Positions 1-11,575 of a stretch of 64,000 nt of DNA are shown piece by piece. The stretch's first letter is position 1; each line of letters begins with the position of its first letter. The position numbers and the translations under genes were made by a program. The stretch is from Marsupella aquatica. Its lineage: Eukaryota > Plantae > Marchantiophyta. The stretch spans positions 3,971,223-4,035,222 of the forward strand of contig OZ316892.1 in NCBI GenBank assembly GCA_973895155.1, written 5' to 3'. The notes beneath the pieces are model-generated. The model saw only the letters and a program-made list of their open reading frames with translations, did not search any database and was not told where the DNA came from.

Positions 1-23
1 CTCATTTCTCCCCACTTGAGCAA

Positions 24-333
24 TCTACCATTACACCAGAGTCTCTTGGTCAAAAGAGCCCTCCCATGTTTGCTATCTTTGCGCAAGGTTTGGCAGCAGT
101 CGCGGGCAGTGGGTATAGAAAGTTATAAATGACTCTCCAGGGACTGGTAACCCTGAATCAAAGAGAAGCCAAGCCAGAGCACTCTACCATTTACACCATA
201 GTCTGCTGGTCAAACGAGCCCTCCCATGTTTGGTATCTTTGCACGGGTTTGGGCAGCATTAGCGGACAATGGGTATGGAAAGTTATAAATGACTCTCCAG
301 GGACCGTAGCCAGAATCAAAGATAAGCCAAGCC
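24..333. repeat. Two diverged tandem copies of a ~160-bp unit
   Basis: tctacca...ccctcccatgtttg...aagttataaatgactctccagggac...aatcaaaga.aagccaagcc occurs at ~24-175 and again at ~183-333. Confidence 0.8.
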
Positions 334-405
334 GGAAATATCATAAAATTCTTTTTTTGCATGTTTTTTTGTAAATTTCATTTCTAATTAATTGGGCTAG
401 TTGTC

Positions 406-571
406 TTGAAACCACCACTGGCCACATAAAAAGAGAGGAGTGTCCAAAATTTCTCCCGTTTTCCCATTTACTCTCCTCTACTGTGACGTTTTGCTCCTCA
501 ATTTGAGGAAAAGTTACTAAAATGGTGGAATATGTGGAACAATGTTTTTGTCATAGCTAGTGGCTCTTTAA
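406..571. mobile_element. MITE-like element (copy 1) with terminal inverted repeats
   Basis: Ends are aaaccaccactggccac and tcatagctagtggctctttaa. It aligns along its length with the reverse complement of 43664-43832. Confidence 0.6.
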
Positions 572-639
572 TACATATTAGGTTCAGAGTTCAGAGCGGG
601 GCAGAAAGAAAAAGCACACGAGCGGAAGGACAGAAGATC

Positions 640-936
640 TCACTGTTCATCAGTGATTGGAGAGCGTCTCGAAGCGCAGGCAGCAGAAGGTGGAATTGGT
701 CGACGGGATCGGATGCGCTGGAGAAGATCGTCGTTTTCGCTTCCGGCCATGGACTGTAGTCGTTGTTGTTGCTGTTGGTGACGTGCTGCTGGCAGTGGTC
801 GTGGCGTGGAAGCTTGTACCAACAGTAGCCAGATCACATCCGGGAGAAGGAGCAGAAGGAGCAGAAGAAGAAGAAGAAGAAGAGATCGACCTTTTCGCCG
901 CTTTCTCGTTCGCTTTGCGCGGCGTTGTCTAAGCAT
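640..936 (-). CDS. Candidate small secreted peptide precursor (98 aa, IDA/IDL-like PIPPSA motif)
   Basis: From ATG at 936: basic N-region (MLRQRRAKRTRKRRKGR), poly-Leu hydrophobic region, VQA/STPRPLP cleavage-like site, C-terminal RRPIPPSA. The Leu run is microsatellite-encoded, so the ORF may be fortuitous. Confidence 0.4.
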   Translation of the reverse strand: MLRQRRAKRTRKRRKGRSLLLLLLLLLLLLLPDVIWLLLVQASTPRPLPAARHQQQQQRLQSMAGSENDDLLQRIRSRRPIPPSAACASRRSPITDEQ

Positions 937-2393
937 CGCAAAGGTAGTTTTGTTCTCGACATCGTTCTTGCCATCATTCTTCCTTGCCCTTCGCCTTTGC
1001 CGCTGCGTTCGTTCCGTTTTGTTTCGTTCCGTTCCGTTCCATTTGGTCCCGTTACATTCGAGAGGAGAGGAGAGGAGAGGAGAGGAGACGGGGGAAGGAG
1101 TTGATTGATCAATCATCTATTCTTGAAATGTCGCGTGATCGATAGGAGGAGTCGCCTTTCGAGAGTTTGGAGGCAAACGAACGGAAGAATGAACGAACGG
1201 CTTTTGGCGCGGCGAGGGAATTGTCTTCGAACGGAGACTCGGGGTTCTGCACTGTAGGAGGAACGATTGTGGAGGATCATCATCATCGTTGTCGTCACCA
1301 GCATCATCGCAATCATAATTTTTAAGAGTATCATTATTGCAGTTCTACTGTGCTCTCCGGTTGCGGGCGGGTGGCGATTTCTGAATTGTGACCATTCATT
1401 GTTTTCTATCGTGAAACGGGTAGGGAGTCATCAACATGGGGCTGGACCGCAGATAGCGACGAGTGTGGCAGTTGAGCGGACGAGGAGCTATTACTGCCTC
1501 TAGCGCGTTGAAGGTGTGAGGTCTTCTTTCTCAAAACTGTGACTGTTGTTAGAACCTCAGTGCACAGCGACGGACGGGCGGACTCTGGACTTGAGCGAGC
1601 GAGCGAGCCGGCTCATACATAGAGAGAGGGAGAGCTGCAAGAGTGGCGGACGCAGCAATAGAAGCGAGATCTAGTAGGGCTAGCGGCGAGAATCTGCTGC
1701 ACGACGAGGAGGAAGAGGGCGTCCGATGCTATTTTGCGAGCAATTACTGCATGCGATTCTCACTTCTTGTTTACTGACGATGGGGGATTGAGGAACTGAC
1801 CTCGTCCATAACCATAGGAGAAGGGACGCTGTGAGCTACCGCTACATGATCTTCGGCTTCGCAGGCTGTGGTAGCGTTTACGGAAATATTCAGAGTGTTG
1901 TGGGACATAGAGGCGACAAGATAGGGCTGGGGCTCGCTCCTGGCATGTTCTTGTAGTGGAAACTTGGGTTTTGCTAGGATTGGCTCCGCTTGGCTTGCAA
2001 AAGCTTCGAATGCATTGGATGTGTCGAAAGCACGGTCCGGGGATTGTGCACTGAGGTTGGCGATGGACTTGGATTGCGGGGCTATGACTATGGGAGTGAA
2101 GGAGTACTCTGAAATAGCGCGGAGGATTGGCATGGTGACATCTGACGACATCTCCATAGTGTGTACGTTTTGGTCGCGTAGATGGTGAGAAAAGACAGCG
2201 TAGGAAAATAAACAGGGCAGCTTAGGGAACGGACGAAGGCGGGACAGTGAAAAACGCTAGGTGGCTGGGAGGAGGACGCTGAAGAGTCTCAGATAGCATA
2301 ACATGATGGGCTCACTCTTCTTCTAGGTTCGCGTTCTCGTTGTAATCAAACAGCTCGATTTGGGCAGGGGAGGGGTTTTACTATCGCTCCTCG

Positions 2394-3428
2394 ATGATGG
2401 TGCAGCTATACCCTCTCCGGCACCACGTTCTGCTCTCGGGTGTCGGCGGGAAACTCCCACATCACTGCAATGACGACCTCGCCAATTATTACGCATCTCT
2501 TGCGACAGGGCTGGAAACTTTGGAGCGAGCGGCTGCCGCAGATTTCATGTCGTTCGAATTCATTTCGTCTGGGATCGATCTCTTGAGGTCAGCTCACTCT
2601 GGAGCACTACTCTTGATTGAGACGCTGCGTCTGCCGGTGTCTACAAACGGTGAGGAGTGGCTAAATGAGTACATGGATGAAACAGTGAAGCTTCTGGACG
2701 TTTGCAACGTCTTGAAGTCTGCTGTGTCAGGATTGGAGCAGTATCAGAATTTGGTGGACTTTGCGATCAGAGCCCTGGATATTCCCGGCAATGTGAGGTA
2801 TCAGGTGCACCGTGGACTCCATACCCTGAACGCCTGCAAACAGGAGATGCTGCAAATTGAGACCGAGCATAGGATTTTGATGGAGACGAAAATTGAAGCG
2901 GCAGGGAAACTTACGGTGAATCTCGGCGATAAACACGTGGAGAATAAGTTTGTCAAGTGGAACGGATTTTGGGGTGTTCTCTTTGCTCTGAAGAACATGA
3001 GTTCATACATTTGTCGACTACTTCTCTGCGGCATTGTGTATATTGGCCCGATTCCAGCTCTGAACGCTGATCTGGTGTCTGTGAAATCTCTATGGTCGGG
3101 TTTCCTTGTGCGCTTGCACCAGAGCGTCACTGAGGAAATTGGAAAGACCAAGAATGTGAGAAAATGCCCTATAATGTTCTCGAGTGAGGTGGAGCTTCTG
3201 GAGGAAGCGTTGGCGGACCTGCGAACTCAGCTACAGCCTGTCATGAGGGGCGCAGGTTTTAGGAACGATGATGGTGAGAAATTCAGGCAGACAATACAGA
3301 GCTTGAAGAAGGGATCCCAAAAGCTGCAAACTGGAGTGGAGACCGTAGATTGGCACGTCAACGATCTCTTCGATGACATTGTGGAAGGGCGTAACAAGCT
3401 GTTGAACCTATTCAGTGCGTCTCGGTGA
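2394..3428 (+). CDS. BYPASS1/BPS1-like (DUF793/DUF241-type) protein, 344 aa, single coding exon
   Basis: Family-like motifs LRLPV...EWLNEYMDETVKLLDVCNVLKSAVS and C-terminal DLFDDIVEGRNKLL. An acceptor ttcttctag at ~2328 suggests a 5'UTR intron. Confidence 0.8.
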   Translation: MMVQLYPLRHHVLLSGVGGKLPHHCNDDLANYYASLATGLETLERAAAADFMSFEFISSGIDLLRSAHSGALLLIETLRLPVSTNGEEWLNEYMDETVKLLDVCNVLKSAVSGLEQYQNLVDFAIRALDIPGNVRYQVHRGLHTLNACKQEMLQIETEHRILMETKIEAAGKLTVNLGDKHVENKFVKWNGFWGVLFALKNMSSYICRLLLCGIVYIGPIPALNADLVSVKSLWSGFLVRLHQSVTEEIGKTKNVRKCPIMFSSEVELLEEALADLRTQLQPVMRGAGFRNDDGEKFRQTIQSLKKGSQKLQTGVETVDWHVNDLFDDIVEGRNKLLNLFSASR

Positions 3429-6400
3429 TCACACATCTTGGAGTTTTCGCAGTTGGATATGGATATTGTATCTTATGAGGGGATTTTCTTTGAGGAAGCT
3501 CCCATATACCTAATTCTGCCCTTGTTCATACGAAGATGTTGGGTACTGGGCAATCAGAGTATGAACTTCAAGAACGGGTTACATGAATCATCGGCAAATC
3601 CTTATTAAGAGGTGCGAAAGTTTTGCTAGACTTGTTCAGGTGAAAGAGGAGTGGGCTAGGCTTAAGGAGTGCAAAAAAATTTCATCGACAGATTTTTTGG
3701 ACTAACGCGTCTTCTTCTGAGATGGAGGGTGGACCCTAAAGCTGAAGCTCACGGTGACGGCAGTTGTTCATGGCTTAGATTAATATGCAAGCGTTTCGAT
3801 AGTGAATGTACGAGACCCAATCTCTGCAATTTGCAGGGCGTGCACTGTGGATGCTCTTGGACGTATTTTGCCAAATGCAAATGAGAATGGCAGACTGAGG
3901 ACGGTTGTGGCATGGATCGCCATCGTTGCACATCGCGTCTTTGACTGTCAGTCACCCTAGTTCCACTACATGTGTGATATTTTATAGCTTGGCGCTCTTC
4001 TATACAAGTAAGGGCCCCTTATGGTGTTACACCGAATGGAAGCTGCTGTCTTTTCCTTCACAAGATCACTTTTCGTCTTCTGTGACCCGAACTCTAACGG
4101 ATCGCAGAACCGTGACACGAAGGCAACTTTTGCAGATTGCACTTCCTATCGGCCCAAGGAGTATGTACTGTTCTTGTGACTGGCACCTGAAGCACTTTGG
4201 CCGGGACGTTCAGTGACGATCTCAAACGGCGCGGAATGAACTTCTTGTTCCTGTTGAATCACTAGTAATCTGCGCATTATCCCATCTCTCATGGTGAGGT
4301 TCCTGTGCCACTCTTGTAGAAGGGTGGTGTTAGCTGGTCCTTGAGAGGGCATAACCTAGCGTACTCATGGCAGACTTTTGATCTGAGGCTGGCTCTGGGT
4401 GTGTGTTTTTGAGTCTGCCATATTCATTTATTCCGGACAACGGCTAGACTGTCAAGACTATGTGTTTGCCTCTAGTACAGTAATCACAAGAAGGCCAAAC
4501 TGAGGCTTGAAAGAAAATGGGTCCTACGGATTATAGTTGAATGCTCACAAGTTCATGCCGCTATGTGACCTATAGAGACATGCTTAGTTTTGTCAGCGTA
4601 ACTGGACTTATTCGTGACATTGGAAGACCGAGGTATCCGATCTAAGGTAGCATTTGACCTTGCTTCTGATAATGTTGTGGACGCGGACAAAACTGGAAAG
4701 TGTACATATGGGCCTCCAGAATTACAGCATAGTCCAGAATTGGTGTGGGGAATTGAACTAGGGTGTCAGGAACTTTTGCATGGTATCCAATGGAATACCA
4801 GTTCTCTCATTCATATGAGAGGAAGTTTGTTTCCTTAATGTCGTGGTTCGGATCACTTGAGACTGATTTATGCTTGATACACTGAGGGAAGAAATATTTG
4901 TCTGGTGTTCAAAAATTCATATGACCTCATGTCAGTACCGAGATGAGATTAAGATGTCTGATTCCTGGATCATATGAATGTTACGAGTTACTGATGAGAC
5001 TAGTACTAGGTGTTTACAAATGGCGAAAACTGGATCCGCGATGCAAGTTAAGAATTGCTACGCAACTGACAAGAAAGTAATGCATGTTCATGATGATCTA
5101 TTTCAACTAAAGCAGAAGGAACGTCTCTCATAAAACACACTGATCGTGAAAATGCAATATGACCAGACTACCGGAGGGGTAACACCATAGTTCTATAATA
5201 GAACCTTGTCACCAGCTTTCATAGTCAATAGAACTCGATTGATTGGCATGCAGCGCTTGAGAATGAGAGGGCATTAGAAATGTAGACAGAAGATTCCTGG
5301 CAGTTATTTGAGTGGATAATGAGTAAAATTCAGGGAAGAGAACCCCCAAAACTGCATCACGAGTATAGACTATATTTTCAACTGTTGTCTCACAAGCGCA
5401 CGGCAGAGATGGGAAATCCGCCGTTGTCCCTCCACATCTCAATATGTCTTCTCAGCAACAAACTTCGCTTTTTCCCAAGAAGGACGAGTACTGTGCAAGA
5501 TCAGCAATTACTATTGTACAGTCTTTCCAAGTACTCATATCAGCGGAACAATTGTTTACCCGTAACAATGATATGAGGTAAACTCAAGGCCGAGACAAGA
5601 AGCCCTACAATTTAATCGAAGACCTACAGTAGCTTTGGGTCCTCCATCCGGCATGTGGAGGTGGTCACACTGTTTGCATATTGCCTTCAAAGGATGAGCA
5701 TTTTGACTGCTCGCTGGCTTTAAGAAAGTTGGTGCCACGGAGGTGGTGTCAGGTCCTTGTAGTGTAAACAATAAAAAAACTTACTCACACTAGCAATTTG
5801 TTTTGTTCACATGACCCCTATTTTTCTATATCCACTTGCATCGCCAACAAAAGGTAACATCCATTTGTGGGACTCCTTTTTTGGCTAGAACTCGCTAGCC
5901 ATCTGGAGTCTTAAAAAAACACCAAAAATATAAAAGGCAACCAAAATCAAAAGAAAATACAACCACAAGTGACTCACTAACAACACTTCACTCTCTTCAC
6001 TCTCAAAATTCCAGTTTGCTTGCATTATACAATACCTCACCTACATGTCCATAGAAATAATATTCATGTATTTGATTGCTCAATCTCTTCAGAGCCGTCC
6101 AAAAACTTAGTACATGTGAACCTAAATTTTAATTTAATTCCGCGAATATGCCATTGAAACCTTAGAACTTGATGTCTTGGGTCCAAGGGCCTTGTACGCT
6201 GGGCTAAGCGTCACATGGCTGGTACTCAGCTTCACAGCCTTACGCCCTGTAGAATCGCGATGGCTCATGGCTTGCTGAAGGAGCTCATCAACGTTTTTAT
6301 TCTTGATGTCCGCCACTCTTTCATTCTTATTTGCTGCACAGAGTGTATCATTGTCACAATTCTTCACATCCACCACCATCCCTACCTACTTGTCGATACC

Positions 6401-7051
6401 TCACACGACACCGGTGTCTACCCTACTTAATAATGAAGAGAACTCTTCACGGAATCCGGAGGCAGATGTAGGTCGGAATACTTGCCCTATCCAGAAAAGA
6501 TTGAAATTAACAAGGCAGTGATCACTGAATTCCACAAGCTATCTCATCTGCTGAACCGATGACTTAAAAAAATCTCCTTTCAAATGCGGATGATGGCCTC
6601 AGAGGAGCTCCACACGGAGGGTTGCCGCTTTAGGACTTCGGCAACGAAACGTCCACATACTTCTGCAGATGGCGACCCAGATTTAGGGCTTATATTCCAT
6701 CGTCGAGACAAGAGAGAGATGACTAAACTAATCTTCCATCGTAAGCCTTACCCACATTCAGAGAGAAAATTCCCCCGGAGAGTATTGAATTCCAGGCCCC
6801 CAAGGAGAAGAAGAAATGAGTTCTCACCCTCGAAACCTAGAGAAGTGAGGTTATGGAAGTAAGCTATCAATCACGGGTCCCAGCAAAAACTTGTAAGAAA
6901 GTGGAGCCATTTGGCAAAGCCTGGCATTACCAGGATAACTTCTCTACATACCTGAGTTATATGGGACCTCCCATAAAAATTGTGTGAGTCTATCTTGCTA
7001 CTTAATAAACAAAAATTGTTAAATCTAGGTTAAGTTAATGTACTCCATACA

Positions 7052-7148
7052 CACAAAACATGAACCAATACACTAATATTTATAATCTACAAAGCAAAAC
7101 ATCACAAAACATGAACCAATACACTAATATTTATAATTTACAAAGCAA
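7052..7148. repeat. ~51-bp tandem duplication
   Basis: cacaaaacatgaaccaatacactaatatttataat(c/t)tacaaagcaa occurs twice. Confidence 0.85.
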
Positions 7149-8029
7149 GTTATTTGAATTACATGTGTCTTGATTTATGTTCTGGTTGTATAGGTGACGT
7201 AGATTTAACTCGCGGTTAAAGAAAACCGGCAAGCTCACCACTTCACCAATCGCACTTCAGGTGAAAATCCAGAAAACCATAAATTCATGAAGGGCATTAC
7301 AAATATAATATTGTCCTGTTTATAAGGGCATTGTGGGCTATAATGGTCCCCCAAAAACAAGGCTTCAGCTCCAGTATTATATTAAATTTTCATAATACCC
7401 TCATTCAAAGCTGGACTGTGAATTTTTCTCCATGAAAGATACAAAGAGAAAAATAAAGAAGAGCACTGTGTCATATAATGAGTTCAAGTTTTGAGGGGCT
7501 ACTATTGTTAGTAATGGCATTGCTAACAAAACCTTAATACACTTAGAGGCCTTCAATCTTGATTGGGCATCCATCTCCAAAATGCCCTAAGAAAATCACT
7601 AAGGGCACTAACAAGCTGTATAAATAGTACACTTGGGGTATCCCAGTCTCATCCCCAAAAACTCCAAAAGTAACCTATGGAAGTTTCTGGATAAGGCATA
7701 ATGATCATTCGAATGATTTGGAGAAGGGCATTAATTAATAGGATTTGGGACTCGCAACCATTTGGCTCCGCAGAATCGGTATAGCTTGAAGATATGGCGG
7801 CACTGTGAGTACCTATCTCTCTGAATCTGATCCGCTAGCTCTCGTTTCTTTTCGTTGGTCCACTCTTGATCGACTGATTTCCGAAGAATTCTCGTCCGTC
7901 TTCTGTTGAGCTACTTCTCTCTTTCTTGTGTCTCTTCTCTCGCTGTCTCTCTATTTCGCCTTCTGGCCGTCGAAGTCTTCGATTCAATCCATCAATCGAC
8001 TTCGAAGTGTCCTAAAAGCTGCTGAGCGA

Positions 8030-8031
<2 letters not shown>

Positions 8032-8070
<39 letters not shown>
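8032..8070. repeat. (CT)n microsatellite in the probable 5' leader of mTERF6
   Basis: Uninterrupted TC/CT dinucleotide run. Confidence 0.95.
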
Positions 8071-8071
<1 letters not shown>

Positions 8072-8613
8072 GGTGTATTTCTCGTCTCTCTCTTCATTGC
8101 GCGTTTTTGGGGATCCTGGACTTCGAAATCGATCAAGCTAGTCTCCGTTGGAGCTCGACATTTCGTTCTTTTGCTCACTTGCTGGCTTCGTTTGATTGTC
8201 TCGGTACTCAGCCTCGTACGTGACCTAATTTCACGAACCTTACTTTTCTAGTCTCGGTGCGCGGAAAACAATTGCTTGTTATCTGCAACCCGCGATTGTG
8301 GTTCGTGTCTTACCCGGAAATCCTATCGTATTTCCGCTTCGTACTGTCTCTCGTTGAGGACGAGGGCTAGCCGACGTGAATCCCTGTCGTAGGTGAGGAG
8401 CGAGGAACGGGATTCTCAGATTTTCGGAGGAATCACTTCACCTGCGGAGGATGACTATCGACGAACTCGGCTAGAGCTCGTTTTTACTTTCCACTTGTCT
8501 GAGCAGTGTATCGCTCCGAATTCAATGTCAGGTGGGTCTTGATCTGATTTCTCGTTCTTCTTGCGGAGAAACTGTTGAAGAGTTCGATTTGTGCTGTCGA
8601 TCCGTCGGGCGGG

Positions 8614-9654
8614 ATGGAAAATGTGCCCCATGAAAATGGTGGTGGGAGTCTGGTCTCGTTCTTGAAAGGGAAGGGGTTGGAGGATGAGATGATCGAGCAC
8701 ATGCGGAAGAAATGCGTGCGTTTGGAAGCTGCCAGCTCCGTTGCAAGAGTCAGAGGCAATTGGGAATTTTTGGAGAGGGAAGTCGCGGTGCCAGCGAGGA
8801 AGATGCCGCTTGTGGTGCATCGGTGTCCTCAGCTGCTTGTAATGGGAGTGAACGAAAGGCTTCTTCCTATTCTAAGCTGTCTTCGTGCTCTAGGAATTAA
8901 AGACAAGGAGCTGGTTGGTGTGGTTACCCGTTTCCCGCACATCCTCACTCACAGCGTAGAAGAGAAGCTGTGTCCCATCCTGGCCTTTTTACAAGGGGTT
9001 GGAGTGAAGGAGGTGAATCTCCCCAAAATCATTCTCCGCTGTCCTCGTTTGCTTAGCTACAGCATAGAGCGGAAATTGGCCCCCACGGTGGACTACCTCT
9101 CGTCTTTGGGGCTCGGAGAGAAGGAGATGGGGAGAGTCCTTACTCAAAGCCCCAACATCTTGGGCTACAGCGTTGAAAATCGCATTCGCCCAACTGTGGA
9201 ATACCTCTTAGGGATCGGACTCAGCGCGGAGCAGCTACGGAATGTGGCCGCCTTTTTCCCTCACATTTTGTGTCGTGAAGCGGACAAGGCGCTCCGTCCA
9301 GCTGAGGAGTACTTCCGCAGCATTGGGTTCGCTGCACGGGAAATATCCGTTCTCATTGGAGGGTTTCCTCCGATTCTCACCAAGAGTATAAGGACCTCCT
9401 TGGAACCCAAAGTGCAGTTTCTAGAAAATGCCATGGGTCTCCAAAAGGTGGAGCTGGTGAATTTCCCGACTTACTTTGGATATAGTTTGCATCGAACTAT
9501 TCAGATCAGATTCAGAAAGATGAAAGCGCAGGGGGTTCAAATTAGCTTGTCTGAAATGTTGGGCTGTAATAAGAAACAATTCGCCTTCAAGATTGGTCTT
9601 GGTGATTTTTCTCAAAAGAAATTGACAGGAATTGGTGGGGAGATACTGTGCTGA
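8614..9654 (+). CDS. mTERF6: Mitochondrial/plastid transcription termination factor, mTERF6-like (346 aa from ATG 8614)
   Basis: Repeated mTERF motifs (RCPQLL, RFPHILTHSVEEKLCPILAFL, RCPRLLSYSIE, SPNILGYSVENRIRP). The N-terminus FLKGKGLEDEMIEHMRKKC resembles plant mTERF6/PDE191. A 5'UTR intron is likely at ~8393-8531. Confidence 0.88.
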   Translation: MENVPHENGGGSLVSFLKGKGLEDEMIEHMRKKCVRLEAASSVARVRGNWEFLEREVAVPARKMPLVVHRCPQLLVMGVNERLLPILSCLRALGIKDKELVGVVTRFPHILTHSVEEKLCPILAFLQGVGVKEVNLPKIILRCPRLLSYSIERKLAPTVDYLSSLGLGEKEMGRVLTQSPNILGYSVENRIRPTVEYLLGIGLSAEQLRNVAAFFPHILCREADKALRPAEEYFRSIGFAAREISVLIGGFPPILTKSIRTSLEPKVQFLENAMGLQKVELVNFPTYFGYSLHRTIQIRFRKMKAQGVQISLSEMLGCNKKQFAFKIGLGDFSQKKLTGIGGEILC

Positions 9655-10567
9655 AACGTGGTATAGTTCTCTTGATCCTTCTATCACAATCTCGATTGCC
9701 GAGGAGACAGAAAATGAGCGAATGCTTTTGTGGGGAAATGCGCTCAGTTAACATTCTGTGTCATCCATTTCACGTTGTCCAAGCAGTTGACATTTAAGAA
9801 GTTGAATTTACAAGTACTCAGATTGCTCGTTCCCCTCCTCAGGGGATATTAATCTTGAGCTCGTGCTTTGTCCACGTATTTCAATGCAAAGCTTCTTAGA
9901 ATATGAAGCCGAAAGAGCCCATTATCCGTCACCCATGGCATGAACTGACTTGAGACGGCAAACAGAGACTTAGAAGACAAAACAGTTTTCGTACATGAAG
10001 TTGATTTCGATCGGCTCGCAGTGTTAGACCGCATGCAGGCCAACAATTTCGGGCCACTTGGTTTTTCGCTTGCACGCATTTCTGCTGCGTTGCTCTCGCG
10101 AAACGTGTATTTTTTCATTGTCCTGTACTGTCGGTGGATGCCTTAAATGGATCAGTGTCGTCTCTCGCCTCACTCGCGCTCGCATCCCTTTGGACTCACC
10201 CTGAATGTTACCTTTGCAGAGTAGTTGCATTGCAATTGTTTTACCCTCATTTCCTGTCCGCCTCTTGCCCGATTTTCCTGTTTCAATAGACGTGAAAATC
10301 AATTCGAGTCGATTGCCTCCTCCCTTTAGTGAGCAATGTTTTGGAAACATTCACTATTCCTCTTTTCATGAGGGTCATTGAAGGGCTTGATAAGAGCGAG
10401 TGGTGGTGATGCAGAGCAATCCACCTAATCAACACCTCTAGAGGGAGCTGAATGCAGCAGGACGGGTGAATGGTGCTTGTCAGATTTTCAGGGGGCGTCT
10501 AGCTCCTGGGTCGACACATTTTCGTTATCGCCTGCAGGGAAATAAGAAAAGGTTGACTGTAAGGATT

Positions 10568-11575
10568 ATGGAGGAGGGTGTTCCACCACCATTGGCAACA
10601 AGTCGACGAAAACAACTCCTTTTTGATCGTCGTTACGGATGGGTGTGAGTGGTCTCCTCCTGTTCATGTTGAGGGTTTAGGGTTTACGTGACTCAGATAT
10701 CCTTCTTGTACGTCTGCAATATTGAAAAGTCCCAACATATGTGTTCTATTCTCAAGGTTTCCTAGCTTCATTGACTTTCAGAGGAAATGTCTTAAACTTA
10801 GTGCACTCCGCAGGTATGAGGAGTGGACTGATCCAGTTGAAGTGGCGAATATTGGGGGTCGAGGAATGTAAGTAGGCCATCTAATTAAATGCCAAGTTAA
10901 CTTTAGGTTGTGAGGAAACTTAGCTGTTGTAACGAAATCTCAGCCATAATGGCATACGGATTGTGGCATTTATTGTTTTCACGGGTTTAATGATCAGGCG
11001 GGTATTTTTCAGAATGAGATTTAGTGCCAGTCTCTTGGTTTTGCTCAAAGATGCACTTTTCGTAGATTCATTCGAAGGACATGTATTTGACAGGCTATCT
11101 TGTTTTCTTCAATAGGTTTTCTTTGGTGCCCCTAACTGCGGCAACCATGGATGGGACTCTTCATCTGGTAAGAGAATTTTTCCTTTTATTTGTGGCAAGA
11201 GGGAGGAAGGGTCGTTTTAAGAAGCCACGCAGGTTTCTTTTTTAGAGAAATCGTTGAAGAAACTCGCTAATCACCGCAATTGTAGTCCTTCTCTTTTCAG
11301 CTCACCAAGATGTGCTGTGCTTTCAGGCTTAATTGCGCGTCGTATATTTCAGGAACTGATTGTACCTAAACTTGCAGGCAAATGTTGCTGCAGATGCAGT
11401 TGCACGAACCCTGCAGTCTCGTCAGTTCTCACATTGGCCCTTCCAAACCAAACAAGCAGCTGATGATGAGAAGACTACTCAGGTTCCAACATCTGATATT
11501 CCTGTAGACAGACCAGTCGCGCCCGCTTTTGTAAAGTTTCCTAGAAGACAAGTAGTAGACGAGATAAGTGCGTGA
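10568..11575 (+). CDS. Small 4-exon uncharacterised protein (126 aa; RRKQLLFDRRYGWVYEEWTDP...GGRGMF)
   Basis: Exons 10568-10644, 10814-10867, 11116-11167, 11378-11575. Donors are gtgagt, gtaagt and gtaaga; acceptors are cgcag, aatag and ttgcag. Phases join into an open 381-nt frame ending in TGA. Confidence 0.75.

Noticed and set aside
1771-2157. 128-aa minus-strand ORF
   Set aside because: No recognisable motif; it lies in the probable 5'UTR intron of the BPS1-like gene.
6134-6900. Possible transposon or gene remnant
   Set aside because: Frames are interrupted, and I found no identifiable domain or termini.
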